Positions 8,601 to 15,949 of a stretch of DNA of 32,000 nt are shown in pieces (the first letter of the stretch is position 1; each line of letters starts with the position of its first letter). Below the pieces are notes generated by a model. That model saw nothing but the letters and a program-made list of their open reading frames with translations. It did not search any database and had not been told where the DNA came from. The stretch comes from Candidatus Poseidoniaceae archaeon. GTDB taxonomy: Archaea > Thermoplasmatota > Poseidoniia > Poseidoniales > Poseidoniaceae. A program made the translations under genes and the position numbers. The DNA is taken from contig CALSTM010000003.1 of assembly GCA_943789275.1 (NCBI GenBank), positions 450,001-482,000 of the forward strand. The letters are read 5' to 3'.

Positions 8601-10780
8601 GGCTGTAGGCGTTCGTGAAGAATTTCACCTTCAGGTATCGTAATTTCGAGATTCACCGTGTTCATGGTATAGGTCACCGAGAACGAAACCAGCGATAGGA
8701 TTCCCGAAGATGTTGAACTCAGCCCTATTGAGATATTACTAAGACCGGAGCCCGTGTCGGGAATCGCATCGTTAAAATTCTTGAGAATTGTGTTTGAACT
8801 CGTACTCTGCGTCACGGTAAATGCGCCGAGTAGAGCGCCGGCAGACGCCGCTCTTGACCAAACTGTTTTTCCGTTGATTTCAATTCCTGGTTCACTCGGA
8901 GCATTGGAGTGTTTCGCAATCGATATGTTGGAAATCGTGGGTGTAACAGCTCCGCTTGAAGGCGCAGTGAGTTCCACTCGCAAACACATGTAGTATCCGG
9001 TTCCAGTCATGGTTTTGGTTTGGTTCGCTTGTGTGAATTGAGATACACCTGTGCTACCGGTCGTGCATGTGCTGGATGATGTGTATCCAAAGTTCACCCG
9101 AATGGACGTTCCACTTGGTCGAGTTTCATCCCAATCAATCGTTGCAGCGACAACGTTTTTCGTGCCAGATCCAACGTATTGGTATGTGTACATGTAGGAC
9201 GAAGTGACATAGGAAGCGGTGTACTCAATCCCTATGCCGTCGAAGATTGGGGCTTTGGTTGCCGTTCCGTTGAGTGTTGCACGCCATACAAACTGCGTAG
9301 CCGTCTGTGGGAACACAACATTTTGTCCGACAGAAACTTGCCTCCAAGTGCTGCCGCCATCGTTCGAAAGATCGACGTTGATGCTTGTGCCGATTGGAGT
9401 GTATCCAAGGATGCTGCTGATATGAAGAGTATCGATGGCTTTGGTTGTGGTAATCGAACTTCCCATAATGGTTGCAGTTGTCCCGGTGTGACTTCGTTCA
9501 TCAAACAGTGAACCGTCTCCAAAATTGTTGATTTTGTGCCGTGTTGCGGTGCTGCAGTAGGCAGTACTGTAATAGTGGCAAGAGAAACTGAATTGACCTT
9601 CACCTGATTCAACAAGGCCGTAGTGTCCGCCTTCTGGCACTGGGACTTCACCCATGTGCTCGACAAAGTTGCCCCGCATTGTGAAGAAATGATGGTACGA
9701 GTCGTACGAGTAGCCAACGCCACTGACGTATGTTTGGTCGTATTCGTTGTAAATGATGGTCGGCATGTTGACAATCATCCCTGCACCGTACCTCGTCACC
9801 GTTGAGCCGGTGGCAACCGTCCATGTACCAAGAATAGTGGTTGGAGAAGACTTTCTCACTTCGTTGATGTAGTGTGCGTTTGCAGAATACGAATAGGTCA
9901 TGACGTACAACTTTCCAGTCGAGTCATCGATGTCTACGCCGGTGACGTAGTTGTTGCTAAAGCTCCATGATTGATCGCATCTCCAAGATTTTGAAGCGCC
10001 TGAAGTAATGACGGACCACTTGGTGAGGTAGTAACTTGTGTAGTGGGCGGTATACACTGTATTTCCATCAACGGTAGCATCGACCATGTTGTAGTACGAA
10101 GATGTACTGCAACCGTTTGAGTTGAGTGTCGCCACACCGATATAAGCGCCAGTCGTTGCATTGATGCGCAAAATTGTCGGTGTATTGTAGAGGCTCGAGG
10201 ACGAGTATTTCATGACGTGAAACTCATCACCAACTTTGACCACGATGCCGATGTGACCCCATGATGTACTGGTGGTCACTGAAGATTGTGTAAACTTCTT
10301 TGTCAATCCCGAGTAGCCTTGATCTGAAAAAGATGCAAATTGACCCGTTGTATTTTGATGTGCGTTGACCTTTGAAGCGACCTGCGTTGTGCGTGAAAAA
10401 TCAATCGATGTGAGAGAAGGGTTGCCTTTGAGTGACATGGTGCTTGAAGTGACATCGACGTTGTTCCGTTGCCCAGAGGTGAACGGCGAAGGTGGAGAGC
10501 CGGACCAAACTCCATCGCCAGAACCGCCGTAATGGGCGTTGGTCGTGAAGTTGGTGTATGAGGTGGAACTTGCTTCGCCCAGAAGTCTGAATTCAGCGCT
10601 CGTGACTTCTGCACCGAACGGGATGGTAAGATGTCCAGCAGTACCGTTTCCGGTCCCAGTGAACGTTTTCGTGTACGAGGTCGTCCCGTTATTGAATTGC
10701 GTTTCCACCGTTGCTGAAGCAGCCAACGGGGTAAGTAACGAAACAGTGAACAGCAGTGTCAAAAATATGGCCTTTCGCAT
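5693..10780 (-). CDS. Giant type-I membrane-anchored surface protein (about 1695 aa) with Asp-box, Ig-like regions, CARDB domain, TM helix and poly-acidic tail
   Basis: Uninterrupted 5.1-kb ORF. Signal peptide MRKAIFLTLLFTVSLLTPLAASA from the ATG at 10780, with TTG/GTG alternatives at 10792/10789. Asp-box SNDGGSTW. CARDB-like segment at nt ~5933-6241 (QVTNIGG...VVVDYDNLIVEVNDDDN). TM helix at nt ~5813-5881. 22 of the last 29 residues are Asp/Glu. Confidence 0.85.
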   Translation of the reverse strand: MRKAIFLTLLFTVSLLTPLAASATVETQFNNGTTSYTKTFTGTGNGTAGHLTIPFGAEVTSAEFRLLGEASSTSYTNFTTNAHYGGSGDGVWSGSPPSPFTSGQRNNVDVTSSTMSLKGNPSLTSIDFSRTTQVASKVNAHQNTTGQFASFSDQGYSGLTKKFTQSSVTTSTSWGHIGIVVKVGDEFHVMKYSSSSLYNTPTILRINATTGAYIGVATLNSNGCSTSSYYNMVDATVDGNTVYTAHYTSYYLTKWSVITSGASKSWRCDQSWSFSNNYVTGVDIDDSTGKLYVMTYSYSANAHYINEVRKSSPTTILGTWTVATGSTVTRYGAGMIVNMPTIIYNEYDQTYVSGVGYSYDSYHHFFTMRGNFVEHMGEVPVPEGGHYGLVESGEGQFSFSCHYYSTAYCSTATRHKINNFGDGSLFDERSHTGTTATIMGSSITTTKAIDTLHISSILGYTPIGTSINVDLSNDGGSTWRQVSVGQNVVFPQTATQFVWRATLNGTATKAPIFDGIGIEYTASYVTSSYMYTYQYVGSGTKNVVAATIDWDETRPSGTSIRVNFGYTSSSTCTTGSTGVSQFTQANQTKTMTGTGYYMCLRVELTAPSSGAVTPTISNISIAKHSNAPSEPGIEINGKTVWSRAASAGALLGAFTVTQSTSSNTILKNFNDAIPDTGSGLSNISIGLSSTSSGILSLVSFSVTYTMNTVNLEITIPEGEILHERLQPYEVVTRHIVGEDATTMTEASLTLMTNSLAKNPTMYWQNGDIFPSPNDPEDFIELDASSWSSLANGILEVHWIFHVTSEFPDQDNVRFKTGCLDNSGSAGYSPLDLISSTGMEVNRSFGLGWMKVRDNDGALVMDDVPDNSWVAAGETLHFQGAMWFQNTEDAPKDNAFDVRVSRNGWVESTARDTTNNNGSFFISIDLPEIDVKDGLTYEVQTYNEKEPTHVMATSAEWKRTYKVDATPPLRQAFLPLDDAYEASSNVQEVKVLVNDDIGHPMALELMYWVESNHDLNRNGEADPQEYVSKTVYNSTVAKNKWFITTIDHSRNPNMGRVSYYWTGGDQAGNPLHYTAMNSDDELLSFNSGPGFLYDDATFRTRKDSTAIFTGLEWVGHVDNEPVFAGMNQRIELGFVDANTAIDFEHISLVFDFEGPNPMRDAQQISYSGVNNTFWSESNFITLLTSSKMVETINESGLPWIQLTFDFVIGWDWPDEEMGDVVLRYKERGSNDDSQILLLEHTFRVENDLMLSPTEYLVEDISEPRTGIVADGSRVRKDDRLAFTGRVVYEGSTVAAPRDVGILVEVFDGEKMWSDGSISSTGEFAVEVPLSSASTLQSSPTRTCLISITNIPGRGEDMTGTLVSTTLRVVVDDAAPRVVRRISPLNVIDISANNDLTNVAVEFHGTEDADLTGSSQLVHWVMRDATRTVTIGAGSTLLGMQQDGQNVNWTGYVDLTDNGRIIPQAGDFVGFYVTGYDAAGNQFPVVSNSEASPIPELAIDDTDFERQWIRLGAVGPELRVKSISLSDDHIAPGSKITIDAQVTNIGGSTPSMFKVAFYAGDDETPFDTVGVAGIDGDEVVEVSTTWSAEDVDRIRVVVDYDNLIVEVNDDDNSAEHSIDIAYSEYFGWFDSPRESPLAWIFIVTSILVLFAVATVAARTTIDHGEGAFSDDEEDWEDDEDHFEDDVDEDDEDDDNDY

Positions 10781-10915
10781 CAATTTCACCAAACTCCCTC
10801 AATGGGCCTTTGGCCCACAGGGTGCAAAGCATTTGAACTTCACCCCGTCATGTCAGTTACCAAGCGATAGAGAAAAGAGGGCCGGCGTGCCTGCCACGCA
10901 TGAGGGGAACATACG

Positions 10916-11296
10916 ATGGGTGTTATTTCGAATTGGTGGGCAAAGCAACATGGGCGTCAGCTTGGTATTTCTGCAACGGCATCAGGGGCTATAGGCATCT
11001 TGTTACTTGTCTCCATCTACCAGTTGCTTTTCCTCCAGGAACACGTCACGTGGAGGGAGTACACTGGACATGCGATCGGTCTTGCTGTTTTCTCGTTGAT
11101 TGGCCTTTTGGTTGTCTTACCAGAATTCCTCACGCTCCGTGGACACATGACCACTTTAGCGGAACTTCATGCTCTCGAATCGACTTCTGAATTACGACGC
11201 CGTAAAGCAGAAGGCAACCAAGCCGCTGAAGCATTAGGTGCTGGTCATGAAGCCTCATGGACGGCATTCCTTGAAAGCAAAGGACTTCGTCGTTGA
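10916..11296 (+). CDS. Small membrane protein (two hydrophobic segments plus a charged C-terminal helix), function unknown
   Basis: The ATG is preceded by GAGGGG at 8 nt. Two hydrophobic stretches: AIGILLLVSIYQLLFL and AIGLAVFSLIGLLVVLP. The stop lies 5 nt before the signal peptidase ATG. Confidence 0.6.
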   Translation: MGVISNWWAKQHGRQLGISATASGAIGILLLVSIYQLLFLQEHVTWREYTGHAIGLAVFSLIGLLVVLPEFLTLRGHMTTLAELHALESTSELRRRKAEGNQAAEALGAGHEASWTAFLESKGLRR

Positions 11297-11301
11297 ACTT
11301 A

Positions 11302-12321
11302 ATGGGAGACTCAGCGAGTGGTAGTGACCCGTTGAAACTGCTTGTTCGCGAACTGCTCCTTGCTGTGAGTATGATTGGTTTACTCATCCTAGGCTTGTAT
11401 GCTCATACAGGTTCGATGCCACCTTTGGTCGTCGTTGAGTCATCTTCTATGATTCATGATATTGACGGTGAGGTTGGTAGTATTGATGCTGGGGACTTGG
11501 TCTTGGTTCACAATCGGGATTACGAAACCATCGTCACGTTCGCAGAGGCAACTGAAAAGGGTAACCCTCACTTTGGCTATGCAAAACACGGGCTTGAAGG
11601 CGATGTCATCATCTACAAGAAAAACGGTGAAGGCGGAACGCCCATTATCCACCGAGCAATCATGGAGGTGGTTCCGAATCAAATCTCATCTCCTGACCGC
11701 AGTGCTCCGATGAATGCTACAGATTCCGACCGATGTCCGAACGGTGGCACTTACGATTCAGAATCCATCGATGCGAACGGTACGAAAGGAGTTTGCGTGT
11801 TGACATGGGATGTGCCTGGAACAGACGTTCGAGATACTGAAACCGTTTCCGTTTCTTTTGACGGCGTACAAGCAGGCTACTATGATTGTAAGCGACCTGC
11901 TCATGCCAACGTCGAATCTCATCTTGTGGTTTGGGAATGGCAACCTCGTCACGCTGGTCTTCTCACGCTTGGCGATAACAACAAGTGTTCGGTTGACCAA
12001 GGGTCACAAGCCGTGAACGGCTCATCTGGAGTTCACAGCGCGTCTGGTACAGTAGGACCAATTCGTGGTTCATGGTTGATTGGTATTGGAGGAGGGGAAA
12101 TTCCTTGGCTTGGTACCGTGAAACTCATGGTTGGTGGAGATGGAACTCCGGGGACGACCTATGTCCCCTCTTCTTCGTTTTTTATGCTGTTTTCACTGAT
12201 TGCAGCAGTTCTTGTCATCCCTATGGTGTTCGACCCACTGTCCAAGAAGTTCTTGAAACGTTCACCTGAGTACCAATTGGCGAAGGAAGAACTGCGAACA
12301 TTCCGTCAAGAAGAAGAATAG
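11302..12321 (+). CDS. Archaeal/ER-type (Sec11-like, S26B) signal peptidase I with a large insertion and a C-terminal TM helix
   Basis: N-terminal TM helix, then the boxes ESSSM (Ser), GDLVLV, IIHRAI (His) and LTLGDNNKCSVD (Asp). About 97 aa lie between the His and GDNN boxes. C-terminal hydrophobic segment FFMLFSLIAAVLVIPMVF. Confidence 0.7.
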   Translation: MGDSASGSDPLKLLVRELLLAVSMIGLLILGLYAHTGSMPPLVVVESSSMIHDIDGEVGSIDAGDLVLVHNRDYETIVTFAEATEKGNPHFGYAKHGLEGDVIIYKKNGEGGTPIIHRAIMEVVPNQISSPDRSAPMNATDSDRCPNGGTYDSESIDANGTKGVCVLTWDVPGTDVRDTETVSVSFDGVQAGYYDCKRPAHANVESHLVVWEWQPRHAGLLTLGDNNKCSVDQGSQAVNGSSGVHSASGTVGPIRGSWLIGIGGGEIPWLGTVKLMVGGDGTPGTTYVPSSSFFMLFSLIAAVLVIPMVFDPLSKKFLKRSPEYQLAKEELRTFRQEEE

Positions 12322-13058
12322 TTTTCATTTGTGGCTTGCTCAAGGCTGCACTTACCAGTTGCAACATCGTATGCAAGTTCCGTGGAGATCGTATTCCGGC
12401 CGTTGCTGAGTTTTCTACTTTGACGTTGAATTTCTCTCAGGTCTCCTTCTGTGGGTTGGACTGTACGGAACTCAATGACCCGTTTTCCACTGAGAAGAGC
12501 GATACGTATCGCTGAAACAACATGGTTGTGGCGCAGTAAACCGCGTGAAGTTTTTGATTCATTGACTTGTTCAAGTTCTATGGAATGGGTTAAGCAGTCG
12601 TTGATGATTCGATCTCGAATGAGTGGTGCTCCATCGCCTATTCGGACCACCATGTGTTTGAAATCAAGTGTTGAAGCAATGGCCGAAATATGTCCCGACA
12701 CGTGTTCAATGTGCTCCAATTGAGCGACGCCGAGAACAGCACCATCGGCAAGCCATGCAATACCAGGTCGTGGCCCCGGATCGATACCAAAGTAGAGGCG
12801 ATTGACTTGGGTGATGCCTCTCAAGAGCCTTACTGCCTTATCCACCGCTTCGATAATGTTCTCAATGGAAACAGCAATGGCTTTCCCTTCATTCCTAAAT
12901 CTTGCCGTCTCCACCTCACTGCCAAACCAAATCATATCCCTTTCAGGCAATACTGCGTCGTGCTCCAGCAGAATGAATCTCAATTTTCTCTTCTTGAGTT
13001 CATTCATCAAGCGGTAGGCCAACTTGAAGTCAATCGTGCGTACAGCAAGGCGAGGCAC
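12306..13058 (-). CDS. Predicted RNase-H-fold (RuvC/YqgF-like) nuclease with a small N-terminal alpha/beta domain
   Basis: YFGIDPGPRPGIAWL resembles the first-strand Asp motif of RuvC-like nucleases. Later acidic/His positions: VNESKTS, HNHVVSAIRIAL. GTG start at 13058 with a TATA-like ttagttaa about 25-30 nt upstream. The functional call is tentative. Confidence 0.5.
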   Translation of the reverse strand: MPRLAVRTIDFKLAYRLMNELKKRKLRFILLEHDAVLPERDMIWFGSEVETARFRNEGKAIAVSIENIIEAVDKAVRLLRGITQVNRLYFGIDPGPRPGIAWLADGAVLGVAQLEHIEHVSGHISAIASTLDFKHMVVRIGDGAPLIRDRIINDCLTHSIELEQVNESKTSRGLLRHNHVVSAIRIALLSGKRVIEFRTVQPTEGDLREIQRQSRKLSNGRNTISTELAYDVATGKCSLEQATNENYSSS

Positions 13059-13188
13059 AGAATGATGTTGTTTTCCGAGATTAACTAATGTTCCGCCTTT
13101 ACGGGTGTCCTACTCATCCACCTAAACTGATGACCGGACTGTGCCTACTACCGAAGTCATCAAGAACGATTGACAGTGATGGACGACT

Positions 13189-13866
13189 GTGTCGAGCCAA
13201 TACGAGCGGGAGCTGAGACAAGTTCTTGCAGGTGTTCCAAAGGGTGTTGAAGCGGTTATTCGTTCATGCAGTCCAGTGGAAAAAGAAAAGATGCGACAAG
13301 TGGTCTATCGGCCGTTTTTGGTTGTTCGTGCAGCTGGCTCTGGAATGGAAGGTACCGGGGATTTACTCGCTTTGCGAGGAGATTTATGTTTCCCAATTGA
13401 GGTGAAATCGACACGTGCCGAAAAGTTGTATCTTTCTGGTCGAACGAAAGACCAGTACGCGGCCATGGTGAACGAGGGGGAACGCTGCAAATTGATGCCT
13501 CTCTATGCTCACCGAAGAAAAGGAGTACGAGGAGATTCATGGAGGATTTTCCGTGTACAAACCAGTAACCTTTCAGGTCGCTTACGGCTTTTGGAGAAAT
13601 CCATTCCGCCGTTCCCAACGAATCGAAACGGTTCAGTCTATCTCAATTGGGAAGACGGAATGCCGTTGAACGAATTCATCACTTTAGTGTGTTCAACAGC
13701 AGGTTCGGACATGGATGCTCTGCACAATTTAGAAGTGCGAGCCATGAAAGCCAATGTGTTTCAATCTAACCTACCAACGACTTCTCTTGAAGAAATCAAA
13801 TCTGCTCAAAGCATTCCTCAAAAGCCATTCGATGTTCTGGCAGAACTTCAGCGACGACGTTCGTAA
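13189..13866 (+). CDS. hjc: Holliday junction resolvase Hjc with an extended C-terminus
   Basis: Hjc catalytic pattern: ERELRQVL (Glu), VVRAAGSG...GDLLAL (Asp), PIEVKST (Glu-x-Lys). GTG start. The protein is 225 aa, against roughly 120-140 aa for typical Hjc. Confidence 0.8.
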   Translation: MSSQYERELRQVLAGVPKGVEAVIRSCSPVEKEKMRQVVYRPFLVVRAAGSGMEGTGDLLALRGDLCFPIEVKSTRAEKLYLSGRTKDQYAAMVNEGERCKLMPLYAHRRKGVRGDSWRIFRVQTSNLSGRLRLLEKSIPPFPTNRNGSVYLNWEDGMPLNEFITLVCSTAGSDMDALHNLEVRAMKANVFQSNLPTTSLEEIKSAQSIPQKPFDVLAELQRRRS

Positions 13867-15324
13867 TCAGAAATACGGAACAAAGAGTACGAAGAGCAGC
13901 ATCATCAGTAAGGCTACTGAGGAAAGACTTGACGCCTTGTTGGAAATGTGGTCGATCCACATAGGATGAATTTTCCATAACTTTGTTTTCTTTCCGATTC
14001 GCTGCACGCGATTAAGCGTTCCTCGTAACCAGTCTTTGAACAAATGTCCTCCATCAAAGGGAACCATCGGGATTAGGTTGGTGAAGCCCAGTAAGATGTT
14101 GACCCACATGAGCCAAAAGAAGAAGTTGACCAAGAACAAGAGTCCACTGAGCCCCAGTGCATCACCTAAGATACCATCCGTAGGCGATAGCATGGCTTCT
14201 TCCATAGGGTGCATGGAAATGCCTTGCAGCTCAAATGGAACAATCATCATGTTGAGAATGTGGAACGGTGTGTAAAGGATACGAACCCCGATACCTCCAT
14301 CAAACCGTGGGCCGAGTGGTCCAGCAAGGCGGTCGATACCTTGCGTCCCCTCGCTGATTCCAACAACGCCGACAAAGGCATCTCCTTCCTCGATGTTTTG
14401 AGCGCTGAGAATTTCTTCATTCCATCCCAAATCCAGGTAATACTGATACTTGTCTGTAAGGAGGATTTCAATCGTCTCTTCATCCCCGTTTTCATGCAAC
14501 ACATCCACCAGAATAGTATCGTTCGCTGCATATCCTGACATGGTCGCCTGGAATCCTTCAACTCCATCAATTTCGACTTCGTCAATCCTTAGAATGGTGT
14601 CCCAAGGTTGCAAACCTGCTTGGTCTGCACCCGAATCTTTCACGATTCCTTGGACGTGAGGATTCATGTTCGAAGAAGTAAGGGTTGCAGCAAGCCCGCC
14701 CAATAGCATTAGGCAAACAAAAGCGGCGAACAAGTTGGTCGCCGGCCCGGCAGCAAACATTCGCATCCTTTCCTTACGAGGTGCTTTGTGGAGTTCTTGG
14801 TACTGTGGTTCAGCAAAAGCCCCAAGCGGAAGCGGTCCAAGTTGCAGCAAACCGAAGGCACGGATTCTCATTCCGTGAGCTCGAGCCAAAAGTCCATGGC
14901 CAAATTCGTGGATGACCAAGGCGATGATGAATGCCATTGCACCCCATCCCAGAGGAATCATCGGGTTGAGACCGGGTATTGCAACCAATTCACTGGCTGT
15001 TGGCGGTGCAGCAGTGGGTGGGTTGAGTACAGAGGTGATGAATGCAAGGAGCATGCCAATGGCTACGAAAAACATCGAAAACAGGCAGACCCAAAGCGCT
15101 ACTTCACCGTATATTCTCCAAAATCGACGAGGTTTAGCAACCCGTTCGAGGGTCTTCAATCCACGGTTGCTTCGCACCATCAGCACGACACCGAACACGC
15201 GAGAAGCATCCCATCGGTCCAGAGTGCCATTTTTCTCCCAAATTCGTAGCAGGATATACCATGCCAAAATGAGCACGACGACGACTTTCCAGTCCGCTTC
15301 GACTGAACCCCACGCCCCATCCAT
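13867..15324 (-). CDS. M50 site-2 protease (RseP-like intramembrane metalloprotease) with a PDZ-like domain
   Basis: HEFGHGLLA (HExxH) lies in a hydrophobic segment. NLIPMVPFDGGH is the second metal-ligand motif. PDZ-like GIVKDSGADQAGLQPWDTILRIDEVEI. The ATG at 15324 is preceded by AAGGAGAAGGAG. The track ORF begins at a TTG at 15375. Confidence 0.85.
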   Translation of the reverse strand: MDGAWGSVEADWKVVVVLILAWYILLRIWEKNGTLDRWDASRVFGVVLMVRSNRGLKTLERVAKPRRFWRIYGEVALWVCLFSMFFVAIGMLLAFITSVLNPPTAAPPTASELVAIPGLNPMIPLGWGAMAFIIALVIHEFGHGLLARAHGMRIRAFGLLQLGPLPLGAFAEPQYQELHKAPRKERMRMFAAGPATNLFAAFVCLMLLGGLAATLTSSNMNPHVQGIVKDSGADQAGLQPWDTILRIDEVEIDGVEGFQATMSGYAANDTILVDVLHENGDEETIEILLTDKYQYYLDLGWNEEILSAQNIEEGDAFVGVVGISEGTQGIDRLAGPLGPRFDGGIGVRILYTPFHILNMMIVPFELQGISMHPMEEAMLSPTDGILGDALGLSGLLFLVNFFFWLMWVNILLGFTNLIPMVPFDGGHLFKDWLRGTLNRVQRIGKKTKLWKIHPMWIDHISNKASSLSSVALLMMLLFVLFVPYF

Positions 15325-15406
15325 GGTTACCCCAAACGCTCCTTCTCCTTGAATCTTGACAGATTTTCTCAACAAACTTGATGATGGTTCGCCAAGAGCC
15401 TTTCAC

Positions 15407-15949
15407 ATGGACTCGTACCGACCCGCTCTGGAAAGATGGTGTGAAAACGAATGGGGCCAGGCTCCCCAAGCCATTTCGGAGTGGCATGCAGATGACGACA
15501 TGGTTCAAGTCTTCATGCGTTTGAACCGAAGTGTACTGATTGCAGATTTCATCGTTCGTGACGACGGTTCTCTTGAATGCCAAGAACACTTACAAATCCC
15601 TCTCGACCGGTGGAATCCTGGTTCCATTCAGGCGTTCCGAACCGCAGACGGCCGAGTCCGCTTCCGTCATCGGAACTTGGAGATTCACTTGGCTGCCCGT
15701 ATGCGCGCACCAGAGTGGGGTCAAGCACTCTTAGAAGAATGGCTTATGAGTCAACGCGGTGAGGTCTTGAGGCCAAAAGACCGAACGCAGCGTATTGCTT
15801 CGATCAACCGAACCAAAATGAGTATTGAACGTAACCTCAACCATTCCAATCTGGATGCAGTCCGAATGGATTTCATGGCAACAAGTGTAAGTTTGACTTC
15901 TGTTGAACGAAATCTAGATTCACGAATCCGCTCTGATGAGTCGGAATAA
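15407..15949 (+). CDS. Hypothetical Trp-rich soluble protein, no recognisable family
   Basis: The ORF is open from the TTG at 15356, and the first ATG is at 15407. No motif recognised. C-terminal internal repeat S[IV]ERNL[ND]. The start is uncertain. Confidence 0.45.
   Translation: MDSYRPALERWCENEWGQAPQAISEWHADDDMVQVFMRLNRSVLIADFIVRDDGSLECQEHLQIPLDRWNPGSIQAFRTADGRVRFRHRNLEIHLAARMRAPEWGQALLEEWLMSQRGEVLRPKDRTQRIASINRTKMSIERNLNHSNLDAVRMDFMATSVSLTSVERNLDSRIRSDESE

Noticed and set aside
10804-10899. Two small GC hairpins in the divergent spacer between giant gene 1 and the 2-TM gene: gggcc-ttt-ggccc at 10804-10816 and gcgtg-cctgc-cacgc at 10885-10899. Each lies just upstream of a Shine-Dalgarno-like element.
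   Set aside because: Five-bp stems are common by chance in GC-rich spacers. They may be 5'-UTR structures, but the evidence is too thin for a finding.
13810-13866. The extreme C-terminus of Hjc (QSIPQKPFDVLAELQRRRS), considered as a possible PCNA-interacting PIP box.
   Set aside because: It does not fit the Qxx[LIVM]xx[FY][FY] consensus, since there is no aromatic pair. I kept it only as something to test under the Hjc finding.
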